From Octopus sinensis (Eukaryota), in NCBI RefSeq assembly GCF_006345805.1, contig NC_043009.1, positions 19,344,001 through 19,408,000 of the forward strand: a stretch of DNA of 64,000 nt. Reading direction: 5' to 3'. The notes below the pieces were generated by a model, which was not told where the DNA came from, ran no database searches, and saw only the letters and a list, made by a program, of their open reading frames with translations. How positions within the stretch are numbered: the first letter of the stretch is position 1; each line of letters starts with the position of its first letter. Position numbers and translations under genes: made by a program. Shown here in pieces: positions 25,564-37,781 of this stretch.

Positions 25564-26661
25564 TAAATAATGGTTGGAGTTAAAAAGGAATCCAACATTG
25601 GCAAACAACAAAGTCCTGATTTATCAGATCCTGTCAAACTGTCCGACCTATGTCAGCACAGAAGACAAATTTTAAGGGCGAAAAAAGGGAGATGACATAT
25701 GGGTGAATAGGTTTCAAGAGTGAAGAGAGTGGCAGACATAGAGAATGTGAAGAAAGAAAGATGTATGGTGGTGGAGGAGAGCTGTGTCTGGTGGTGGAGA
25801 AAAGTAATCAATGTAAGATGTGAGAGGAAAGCAACAGTATTAAGAATGAAGGATGAATACCAAGTAAATGAAGGAGTTCTGAATCGTGAGACATAACTGG
25901 TATCAGAGAAAAAGGTGATGTGACAAGCAGAGAAGAAAACTTCAGGCTGGAAGGATCCATGATAGAGAGGAGATGATGATGATGAGTAGTGAGGAAGGCT
26001 TTCTTCAAATTTACCATTGTGATTTGAGGCATCAAGTGAATAATATATTGTATTTATCTATCTAGCAGGTAGTGTAGACAGATATACACATACACACACC
26101 ACATAGACTTACATAAACACATATGCATGCACACACACACATGGACAGGCACTCACACTATGCATAAAAATCCGAACATGTGCACACATACACAGGCATG
26201 CACACACACAAGGACAGAGGACCACAGAACCATACACACAATGCATATGTACATACACACACACAAAGCACTCACACATAAACACAAGAATACAGGAATG
26301 CAACCATACACACACATATATACATACGCATGTATGCATGCACACACATGGACGAAGGAATACACACGCAAATAATCACACACAGATACCTACCATATTC
26401 TCCTGCACCTACCCACAGGAAAGAATTACACCCTAAACAAACCTCACCCCCCACCCTATAAGCCCATAAATTTACAGTAGCTATAAGACAAAAACAAAAT
26501 GATAAAGTCAAAAGCTGGACCCTGAAATAGGTGAGCAAGGCCTCTGCACACACACACACCCATTTTACAGGATCTTGTGAATTTTTCGAAAGTCCCCTCC
26601 CCACCCCCCGGGTAGTCAGGTGAAGATCTTTATATTGACCCCACATTCTTTACGTCCGCCA

Positions 26662-27288
26662 TTTTTATTTCTTTGTCATTTGACTGCGGTCATGCTGGAG
26701 CACAGCCTTAGTCGAGTAAATCGACCCCAGGACTTATTCTTTGGAAGACTAGTACTTATTCTATCGGTCTCTTTTGCCGAACCGCTAAGTTACGGGGACG
26801 TAAACACACCACCATCGGTTGTCAAGCGATGTTGGGGGGACAAATACAGACACAAACATACATATATATTTATATACATATATACGACGGGCTTCTGGTA
26901 CTATTTAAGAAGTGTGGTCCCGGTGCGCGCACTCGCGCTAGCTAGTCGTGACTAGTCGATCCTACGACTACCTATCCTATATAAAAAAAAACATCTAAGT
27001 TATGATGTGGGTACCAAATGTTTATCTAATAACTTTCAACCGAATTTGAACATTTTTTATAGGATAGGTAGTCGTTGTAGGATCGACTAGTCACGACTAG
27101 CTAGCGCTGACGCGCGAGTACGTGACTGTGCGCACCGGGACCACTCTTCTTAAATAGTACCGGGCTTCTTTCAGTTTCCGTCTACCAAATCCACTCACAA
27201 GACTTCGGTCGGCCCGAGGCTATAGTAGAAGACACTTGCGCAAGGTGCCACGCAGTGGGAATGAACCCGGAACCATGTGGTTGGTTGC
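26662..27288 (-). mobile_element. SINE family B split by a MITE
   Basis: The consensus resumes seamlessly across the insertion at 26897-27161. Confidence 0.9.
26897..27161. mobile_element. Palindromic MITE, Merlin-like, with 8-bp TSD GGGCTTCT
   Basis: Ends GGTACTATTTAAGA...TCTTAAATAGTACC with about 90-bp inverted arms. TSD at 26889-26896 and 27162-27169. Confidence 0.85.
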
Positions 27289-27425
27289 GTTTGTTCATTT
27301 TACAAACATAAACACGTATTTCTGCAAAATTTCAAAATATGCATAATTAAGAAAGTCATGAGGAAACGAAATCCAGCGGTGAGTGACACTGAACTGTTGC
27401 TATGTGGGAAACATTCGAAACTTAC

Positions 27426-27601
27426 CGCTTTGGTAAATCGTAAGGCGACCGAATGTAGCAGTCAACGTACTGTTTCATTTTACCGAACAGATACAGTTTG
27501 TGAATTAGATTATATTTATCTGGGATAACGTTAAGACAGAGAAATCCAATTAAAATGCCAGAGGTCATGAAAAGCCATAGCTGAGTCATTAAAGAAATCA
27601 T
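27426..27601 (-). CDS. SRD5A3: Polyprenol reductase, coding exon 1 (MISLMTQLWLFMTSGILIGFLCLNVIPDKYNLIHKLYLFGKMKQYVDCYIRSPYDLPK-R)
   Basis: ATG at 27601 is preceded by acceptor-like tcattcttttag|ata. 176 nt, ends CG|gtaagt (phase 2). FGK...DLPKR matches the YGK...VPKR N-terminal motif of SRD5A3/DFG10. Confidence 0.9.
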
Positions 27602-27619
27602 TATCTAAAAGAATGATAC

Positions 27620-28330
27620 AATTAAAAGGTAAAAAGTAATAATTAAGAGTTCAGCTTAACGCGAGCATAATTAACGTTGGCCGATGTACATTTCCTGGCG
27701 AAGATAATTTCTGGCGCTTGTGAATTACTTCCCTTCATCCAACAGAATTCTTGCTCACTTCTGTTGTCTGCTGATAATAATAAACGACTCTGATGAAACC
27801 AGAGATCGCTCGAATCACCAGTGCGCTAGCGTTTTTAGGCGGGGTCGGGAATACACATCAGATCCGATTTTAGGGCATATCTACCTAAGTGTTGTGGAGG
27901 AGATAAGGTGAACGGAAGGGAAGGGTCAGTGATGTCAAAGGCTGAGAGGCCTTATCGGAGGAGGGAACGAGGAGGTCGGCGGAAGTAAAACCAACGGGTA
28001 CTACTTGAGAACAGTGGTCCCGGTGCGCGCACTCGCGTACTCGCGCATCCGCGCTAGATAGTCATGACTAGTCGATCCTTACTTTGTATTTTTGTGTGTT
28101 ATTTACTTTGTGTAAAAAAATTATTGTGTGTTTTATTTACTTTGCTAGGTAGTCGTTGTAGGATCGACTACTTACGACTAGCTAGCGCGGATGCGCGATT
28201 GCGCGTGTGCGCGCATCGGGACCAATATTCGCTAGTAGTACCGAACCAACGTGGGTCTTTTCACCTCAGACACTCGTCGTGGATGAATGCGTGAGAGGCT
28301 CACATGGCGGAGATGTAAACCGAATTCTTC
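27620..28330. promoter_or_regulatory. Probable SRD5A3 promoter / 5'UTR region, CpG-rich
   Basis: Locally GC- and CpG-rich, immediately upstream of the ATG exon. ETS-type GCGGAAGT at 27979-27986. Candidate 5'UTR donor gtgagc on the minus strand near 27758. Confidence 0.5.
27997..28242. mobile_element. Second copy of the Merlin-like palindromic MITE
   Basis: GGTACTAC...GTAGTACC. Flanks aaaccaacg / gaaccaacg (8-9 bp TSD). Confidence 0.85.
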
Positions 28331-28410
28331 CCCTTTTCATGTTTTTTTAACGGAATCCCACCTCTTAGGCTATGGAGATTCCGATTCTGAAAAAAAAATT
28401 TCAACTTCAA

Positions 28411-29330
28411 AATTTCCCGCAGTAATATGACAAAGTGAAATTAAAGTGTTCATTTTTTTTTTCTAGAAATTTACAAAAAATATGAGTGCAGAAATAACAA
28501 CAAACTCTTTTGAAAAAAGAAAAGCAAATATATGAAAGAAATACTGTAATAAAGTGAAATTAAAGTGTTCATTCACATCTGTGTGCAAACAAGTTTTTCT
28601 TGTGGCAATAATGCCATTTGTTTTCAAAAAATCTATTACTTTCTCTGGAGCAAGCTGCTTCAATATTTCCTCAAATAAACACTTTAATTTCACTTTGTCA
28701 TATTACTGCGGGAAATTACTCTGAAAGAAATCTTGGCAAGACTTCTGAGACAACATCCTGTAACTAACCCTCCCCCTAACCCTAACCCTAACCCTAAATT
28801 TTTCTTTCTTAATTGTTACGCGTGTAAAAAAACTAAAGCAATGGAAAATAATTCAAACAATTAACAAACAAAATAATTCTATAATTTTATACACACGCTT
28901 TCGTATACTGGTAGACTATGTTTATAAAACATCTTTTTCTATTGGCTTTATTGAGAAAATTCTATGGTTTGTAAGATATTTGTTGTTGTTTTTTCTTCAA
29001 TTTCTGCAATTTCAACTAATCAATGACGTCTATTGAGGTGAAAACATTCTGTGCCGTATGAATATGTCCCTCGTTTAAGAAACAGTTTGGGTTTATTTAC
29101 ATTTCGGAAGAAAAAAAGATACCCTTCCCCCACCCCTAACCCTAACTAACCCTTACCCTAAAACAGATTGAAATGCAATAGATCGATACTAGGGTCATAA
29201 TTATGGGTGACAATTTCATATGACACCGCTAGAAAAAAACTGCCGTTCAAACCGTAAAGATCCCGGCAATTTCAACCAATCAATGACGTCTATTGAGGTG
29301 AATTCAATATCTCCGGATCTTTGTCAACAA
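28411..29330. mobile_element. Rearranged DNA-transposon debris with a 40-bp perfect inverted repeat, (CCCTAA)n tracts and a 37-bp direct repeat
   Basis: IR at 28411-28450 / 28678-28717. (CCCTAA)4 at 28774-28797. gcaatttcaacyaatcaatgacgtctattgaggtgaa at about 29006 and 29266. Confidence 0.55.
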
Positions 29331-29479
29331 CAGTTATAACCTTAGAAAGATGTACATTACAGTGACGTGATGACAGCTTGTAGGTTGAGAGACAGGTTGT
29401 CTCCCTTAAAATGGGACACATCTATAGCCCAGAGAGAGAGGTGGGGAGAGAGATTTTTGAAGGGTTTTGCTGAGGAAAG

Positions 29480-29888
29480 TATACCTACACAAGTGTCCTC
29501 CCCAACGACTTCCTTTCCTCATAACTTTCAGAAAATAGGTACTTTTTAATGAAATTTGCTACAAATTCCTTTCAGAATGTGTAGCTTATGACTGTATCAG
29601 AATTTATTGGGGGGGGGGGGACAAACAAACAAAACAGAATTGGTACGCACGCACCCTTACATACTGACAACAATAATTTTTACAGAAATTTAAAGTTTCA
29701 GTTTGTAGATAGACGTGTGATGTGCGTCAGTTTGTGTGTGTGTACATGCTTACCAAATGTTTTCACAAATTCCGATATAATCGGAATGTACACCATCTGA
29801 AGCATATTTGCAGACATTTCATTTAAAAAATACCCATTTTTCTGGAAGCTATGAGGAAACAGTCGGGTGGGTACCCTTGTAGGTATGC
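29480..29888. mobile_element. Old MITE-like element with about 125-bp imperfect inverted arms
   Basis: atacctaca...tttcctcataactttcagaaaat... is mirrored by ...attttctggaagctatgaggaaa...tgtaggtat. Confidence 0.65.
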
Positions 29889-30552
29889 CATTAAAAGTTC
29901 TGTTTTACTAATGAACAAGCAGATTCGCTGAGTTCTAGCGAATTAGAAATAATATATTCCAGGGAGAATTTGAAAATGGGCGTTGTGCCGCCTGGGCAGC
30001 ACATGAGTTTAATCCTTCTCTGGGTCAATACACTTTATATAGGTTTATCGTACAGGGTATCTAAAAGTGCCGTCTCTCAAAAAGCACCACCCGGGGTGGG
30101 CTGTCACTCATCATCCCGAGGAACGCTACTGAATTTGTGTGTAAAACAAGCATGTTAATTGTTGATATTCTTGTTTAATCGAAGGTCAAACATGATCGAA
30201 AAGACTCATTATCGAACGGACTCCAGCTGTGAGCACCCCGTCTTTTTAAGAGTACCTAGAACTATATTCACTACTGCATTTTCCTCCCTTTATTGAAGCT
30301 GTTGGGTGCGATTTGTAGGAGATTTATTGGCTGCTATTTTTAGTAAATCAGTCGATCATATTATCAGCTCTACCATTGGATCGCAACAGATGTCTGTTGT
30401 TGCTTTTGTTGTTCTTGTTTTTGATGTTGTTATTTTCGTCGTCATCGTCGTCATTGTTATTGGTAGCGAAGTTGCGTGGAATATATTCTTGGCAGCTCCG
30501 AAATAAACCCGCGTATTGAGGCATCGTGTTTCGGAGAGAGGAGAAACACTAT

Positions 30553-30579
30553 ATGTGTGTGTGTGTGAGAGAGAGAGGG

Positions 30580-30628
<49 letters not shown>
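30553..30628. repeat. (TG)n(GA)n microsatellite
   Basis: Directly visible. Confidence 0.98.
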
Positions 30629-30630
<2 letters not shown>

Positions 30631-31009
30631 GCACAAGAGAGACGAAGCTAAACTGTTAGAAAGCCATCTGGCTATGACGGAAATTGGCACAGTTCCCAAA
30701 GTCCACACATGTTAACGAGTAACAGGATTGAACGACAAAACCGTTCCTCTGTATTAAATGTACAGTGAAACCAAGCAGAAGAAAAATCCAATATACAGAG
30801 AGTAGGATCTCAGCTATGTAATTTAGAGAACTGAAAATCTGAAATTACTTTTCAAATTAGTAAATAAAATCTTCCTTCAAGTTTTTAAAATATAAAAAAG
30901 AACTAAGGGAGATAACTCCAATAGTATCAGCCAATGAAAATTTTGGGAAAATAATGACGATGCAGGTGAGATTGCGTTTTGGATAATAATAATAATAATA
31001 ATAATAATA

Positions 31010-31240
31010 TATTTCTTTATTGCCCACAAGGGGCTACACATAGAGGGGACAAACAAGGACAGACAAAGGGATTAAGTCGATTATATCGACCCCAGTGCGT
31101 AACTGGTACTTAATTTATCGACACCGAAAGGATGAAAGGCAAAGTCGACCTCGGCGGAATTTGAACTCAGAACGTAGCAGCAGACGAAATACGGCTAAGC
31201 ATTTCGCCCGGCGCGCTAACGTTTCTGCCAGCTCGCCACC
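31010..31240 (-). mobile_element. tRNA-derived SINE family A, tail type 1
   Basis: Head GGTGGCGAGCTGGCAGAAACG, B-box GAGTTCAAATTCC, core GTCGACTTTGCCTTTCATCCTTTCGG, tail GCCCCTTGTGGGCAATAAAGAAATA. Confidence 0.9.
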
Positions 31241-31258
31241 TTCAAACTACATACTTGA

Positions 31259-31409
31259 CTAGACAATGGCTCTCATGGCTTCTGATCTTAACTGGTTGTG
31301 ATGCATGTGCCTGGTGCACCCTTATCAGACGGGTAGTCATGATGGGTATACTGGGCTTCGTACATTTTACCTCAGTGTCACTTTGATGGCATGCACTGCT
31401 TTCTCACTC
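31259..31409 (+). mobile_element. Internally deleted copy of the 33056-33592 element, with (AAT)n tail
   Basis: First ~35 nt joined to the last ~115 nt of the full copy. Confidence 0.85.
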
Positions 31410-31463
<54 letters not shown>

Positions 31464-32559
31464 TCTTTCTACTGGAAGTACAAGGCCTCAAATTTGGAGG
31501 ACGGGATTAAGTCGATTATATCGACCCCAGTGCGTAACTGGTACTAATATTATCGACTCTGTAGGATGAAAGGCAAAGTCAATTTCACTTGTTTACCTGG
31601 GACAAAATATGCAGTTCGTACAAACAACACCAGCCAATACCAAAACATACATCTTATACTGTTGCCACAGTACCCAACACCGCCCTCCCCATCACTTGTA
31701 TGTGATTTTTCAAATTGCTACCTTCTGTGTAATTTTTAATTAGTTTATTTGTTTCATGCTCTGTGTGTGTATGTGTGTGTATGCACACACGCAGAGTAGC
31801 ATATCTATGTATGTATGTATTTACGTACGTACGTATGTACCCTCATGTCTACGCGCATAGGTACACCATGATCTATATACATGCAGACGAGGATCGATTC
31901 ATATAAAATAGCAAGTGAACAAAATAATATGATCATCGGGAATTTTTTTTTAAAGATAATGAATATTTCTACCATTTTCCAGTAATTTTACAAATACACA
32001 GACAAAGACGAGTGATTACAATACCCTGTTTTCGCTTACGCACACGTTTCAAATTTTGGCACAAGGCCAGCAATTTCGGAGAAAGAGGATAAGTCGATTA
32101 CAGCGAACCTAGTGCTCAACAGGTACTTATTTTATTGAACCTAAAAGGACGAAAGTCAAAGTTGACCTTGGTGTAATTTTAACGTAAAGCCGGAAAAGGC
32201 GCTGCTGAGCATTTTGTCCGGTATGCTAACTATTCTGCCAGGTCGCTGCCGTCAAAAAACAATTGATGGCATTTCAATCTGTTATAGGCATAATGACGTG
32301 GTGTTTATGCTGAGGTTCAACTAAGCCATCTTGTCAATGTTTCTAGATTTTTCCAGTCTTCTGTGGACAATACAAACTGTAATTGGCACGTGTAAGGATG
32401 TGACTAGTACAGACTTTATGACAAGATTTCGGTATTTCGTCCATCTTTATGTTAAAATTCCGCCGAGGTTGATTTTGCCTGTTATCCTTTTGGGATCGAC
32501 AATTAACATGTGAATATTTCCTAGAGAAATATGTTACTTTTTTCATTCACTGGACTGCG

Positions 32560-32984
32560 ACCATTCTGGGGCACTGCATCGAGTGGATATTTTCAATTTG
32601 TCAAAGGTTGTAGGTGGCATTGTGGATGGAAAGTGTCTGCTGTCCACAGCCAGCAGACTGAGATGACACTTCAAGAACTCTGCAGGGAACTCTCGCAGTT
32701 TCAAGCAATAAGGATTTTTGCAGGTGTTTTATCATTACATTTGTACCAATCTTTTTCAGCTACGTTGGCAGTTAAGAACTAATACTTTCAACCGTGCCAA
32801 TCACTACTGGTATCACGTCCACTCTCTTCATTGCTCACAACCTGCCTATTTCCCACTTCAACTCGTCAAAGTTGTTCAGTTTTTTTCTTCTTTCTATCCG
32901 ATCCTGTTATCACAAGTGTATGCTTTGTCGATTATCAGGCATGTTTTATCTTTTTCTATTCACCACAACAAAGTCAGATTTCCG

Positions 32985-32985
<1 letters not shown>
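32560..32985 (-). mobile_element. R4/Dong-like non-LTR retrotransposon 3' fragment (restriction-like endonuclease)
   Basis: RKSDFVVV..KTCLIID.A...KEE..LKWEIGRL..VIPVVIG remnant abutting (ATT)n. Confidence 0.75.
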
Positions 32986-33042
<57 letters not shown>

Positions 33043-33055
33043 TATTATTATTATT

Positions 33056-33589
33056 GAGTGAGAGAGCAGTGCATGCCATCAAAGTGAAACTGGGGTAAAA
33101 TGTACGAAGCCCAGTATACCTATCATGACCACCGGTCTGATAAGGGTGCACCGGGCACATGCATCACAACCATATGTGCGCGACATGATTTCATATCAAG
33201 ATAAACAGCACATGACCTTGCAGGTGGGGCCTAGTTAGAATTTCTTCTGGTCGAGTAACCCATCCCGCTCAAAAGGTCCCTGAATAAGGGTTGTTTAAGG
33301 ATGTTGAACGAACACCCATGTTTCCAGAGGAGAATTATTCAAACTCCAAAGAATCCCTCTCAACACATGGCTATGATACTCCCCCACTATTTCTGCTCAT
33401 GATCAGAGATGCACATATCGTCAGCCACTAAGGGACATGCTCAACTGGTTAAGGTCAAACAACTGACAAGCAAATCTGTGGTATTGAGCAAAATATTTGC
33501 TGTAGCCCATCTTTTATACCAAGGCAAAACATTGTACATGATAGCACTTCCAATCAGTTAAGATCAGAAGCCATGAGAGCCACTGTCTG

Positions 33590-33592
<3 letters not shown>
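33056..33592 (-). mobile_element. Non-coding repeat of about 540 bp embedded in (TAA)n
   Basis: Flanked on both sides by long (ATT)n. A second, deleted copy lies at 31259-31409. Confidence 0.75.
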
Positions 33593-33654
<62 letters not shown>

Positions 33655-33657
33655 TAA

Positions 33658-34017
33658 GGCGGTGAGCCGGCAGAAATGCTAAGCGGTAGTTCGTCTGCCG
33701 TTACGTTGTGGGTTCTAATTCCGCCGAGGTCGACTTTGATTCGATTAAATAAATACCAGTTACGCACTGGGGTCGATATAATCGACATAATCCGTTTGAC
33801 TGTCCTTGTTTGTCCTCTCTGTGTTTAGCCCCTTGTGGGCAATAAAGAAATATGTATTTCGTCTGTCGCAACGTTCTGAGTTCAAATTCCGCTGAGGTCG
33901 ACTTTGTCTTTTATCCTTTCGAGGTCGATAAATTAAGTATCTGTGAAACACTGAGGTCGATGTAATCGACTTATCCCATCCTCCAAAATTCCAGGCTTTG
34001 TGCTGGAGCAGACAGGA
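33658..34017 (+). mobile_element. Two tandem SINE family A copies (tail type 1, then tail type 2)
   Basis: Head at 33658 with tail ...GGGCAATAAAGAAATA at 33852. The second partial copy ends ...GGATT(ATT)n. Confidence 0.85.
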
Positions 34018-34935
34018 TTATTATTATTATTAATGACGTTGCACATACCAATATTGTGATGCTGTAGACTGAAATTATTGTGTGTACCGGGGGTTTGTAC
34101 AATCTGTTAAATCATATCAAGGACCTCAGACAGACAGTACTTTACGCAATATGCGCGCAGTTCCAAGTAAAGCCGATTTTTGCAACACACCAAGATTGTA
34201 GGGTATTTCTAAAGTGACCAGATATTTCTTCAGGCTGTGTGGTATTGAATCTAATGCTCCGATGACAACAGGAACAAACTTTGTTTGGCTTTCGCAGCTG
34301 CCACATCTTGCCGATCTCAATCCTCAGGTCTCCATATTTATCAACCTTTTCTCTTTCTTTCATAATAATGTGTTCATCTGGCACTTCCACGTCGATTATT
34401 AGGCACTCTTATTTGTGCCACCTAACGGTTACTATATCTGGCTTTCGGTGCTCAAACACCTTGTCTATCTGGAAGTCAAGGGTCCAGAGGATCTTTGCCT
34501 CCCCCTTTTCATCAATTACCTTTTCTGGTGTTTGTTGATACCAAGCACCTGTTACCTCGTATCCATATTTCCGGCAAAGTAGCCAGTGATAGTTGGGGCT
34601 ACTTGTCGTGTCTGCGCTTGTACTCTTTCTACGTAAGACTTTCACAAGCACTAAGATCGTGAGTCACGCTTTCGACCTTCTTCCCACATATTCTGCAGAG
34701 GTTCGTTGCACCTGTGTGATATATATCCCCTTTCACTGAGTTCATGTTCAATGCCTGGTCCCGGCCTAGGCTTTCGATCTTCTTTTTAAGGTCACTCAGG
34801 CTTCCTCATCTTTTAAGTTGCTAGTTTTACAGAGGAACTGGCCATATAATTCCATGTGGATTTGTGTTCCTTCTTTCTCCTTGGCTATTCGTGATCGAAA
34901 TTCATTAGCACTCTCAACTCAATTGCCGGTATATC
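34018..34935 (-). mobile_element. R4/Dong-like non-LTR retrotransposon, 5'-truncated
   Basis: CRIC zinc finger, HWLLCRKYG, WYQQTPEKV, ILW..FQID, RKPDIV, EREKVDKYGDL, VPVVIGAL...LQKSALLGTARILRKVLSV* (stop at 34126). Short 3' UTR ending in (TAA)n. Confidence 0.9.
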
Positions 34936-34940
34936 ATTAT

Positions 34941-35915
<975 letters not shown>

Positions 35916-37689
35916 TTGCATATATATTTGTGTGTGTATATATATAAACACATGCAAACATACACACATACATACACTCGAACATATACACACAAACACA
36001 TACATACATACATGCTTGCATGCATGCATACGTACATACATACATACATACATGCATATATGCTTGCATGCATGCGTGCATGCATACATACATACATACA
36101 TATCCGCCCACTGGTAATCAGTAAGTCTCTTATGTGTATATGTGTGTGTGAAAGTGTGTGCATATGTGTGTGTATGTAATCCAACGAGAGTTACCTTCCC
36201 TGCTTCTGGCTGCAGCCTCTCTCACATCTCCATCATATGACGCATAGCAGCGCGGATCTCTCTCTAAAGGTAACAACCTTATTTCTTTTTTTATTTCTTC
36301 TACATTTAACCCAGTCTTTACATTTTTTCACGTCAATGAAAATAATTCGAAAATGCACCCTTGTTCTCTATTTCCATTGTTGTATTAATATATCTGGTGG
36401 TTAAACGAGGTGCATTGTATCTCCTCCAGCCTGTTTTCTCATTTTCATTCTCCTGATGCTTCGGGTTCGGACGGATTTCTTGCAATATTTAGCAATAATA
36501 CTTTATTAAAACTAACTATAATACTAACTACTTGTTAACGACTTATTATTTAATACCATTCACATTAAAATATTATAAATAAACATAGACTTTTCGTTTA
36601 AATTTCCTACGATTCTGTGTCTGTTTTGATATTTACTCATTTCAAATATAATCAACAATTTGCTTTCACCTTGGATATATATTTTTGTGACACCACAAAT
36701 TTTATCTAAAACAGAAAATAACATTGTTTGTGTTTAGATATTGTTGTTTTATTTTTCTTTAAGGTTAATGAGTTGTTGGTTGTTTCTGTTCAATGAAGTC
36801 AAATACTTAAAATAGTTGGTGAATCATTTATTAATAATATCCCCAGCCGAACAGATCGATAGTTCATCTTGTGTTCATGTCGATGCTAGTCCTTCGCACT
36901 TCCTCTAATAACATTTACGTCAATCTAATTACTATTTGCAATGGGGAACAACATTTTAGAAAGCTCATTGTCTACACTCCCGTTTAGATTTTATATTCCA
37001 ATCATTGTTTTCCCACAGCAATTGATGTTCGATTACAGATTAATTAACAACAGTCTCTTAAATAATTGTCTTCTATTGTTATCCTTCTTCACAATTAATT
37101 AACTAAAAAAAACAAAAAAAGGAATTTCTATACAAAAGTACACACGGATTTAATTTCGTTTTATGTTGAAATATTCAAAGAAATAATGCTTCCGTGTTAA
37201 TTATTTCGGTAGGTTTAATTAATTTAATTTTAGGTTAATCATTGCTAACATTTTCTTTTATTTCGTTTTCTGAAAAAATGTTTAAACAGTATTTTTTTTT
37301 TTTTTTTGTCTTGGGAACAATCGATGTCATATTTATGTTTAAATTTCTCTCTTTTTGCTCATTTTATTTTGCATAAATAAAAATATTTTCGTTTATATTT
37401 CATTTTTATTCCATGGTGAAAAAAAAAAGAAAAATATATAATAACAAACTAAATATCTCAAACGGCTAAAAGTGTATTTGTGAATCCTTCAAAAATTCCA
37501 AGAGAGACGTACCATGTCAGAATGTATTCTTATTGTCTATTTTCTAGTTGTTTCATTGTAAGTTTCCGTAATTGAAAATTTCATCATCATCGTTAAACGA
37601 ATGACTTTAGTTCCACAGCAACCCTGCTCTTGGCAAATTGACCAAGTCCAGTCATAGAGATAAATATAATAACAATGTGTGTGTGTGTA

Positions 37690-37781
<92 letters not shown>

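Noticed and set aside
27785-27830. CTGATGA in the promoter region as a hammerhead
   Set aside because: No correctly placed GAAA or stem II; a chance 7-mer.
28774-28797. (CCCTAA)4 as a telomere or fusion scar
   Set aside because: Too short and embedded in transposon debris.
31150-31240. tRNA gene
   Set aside because: The A/B boxes belong to SINE heads that continue into core and tail sequence; no full cloverleaf is evident.
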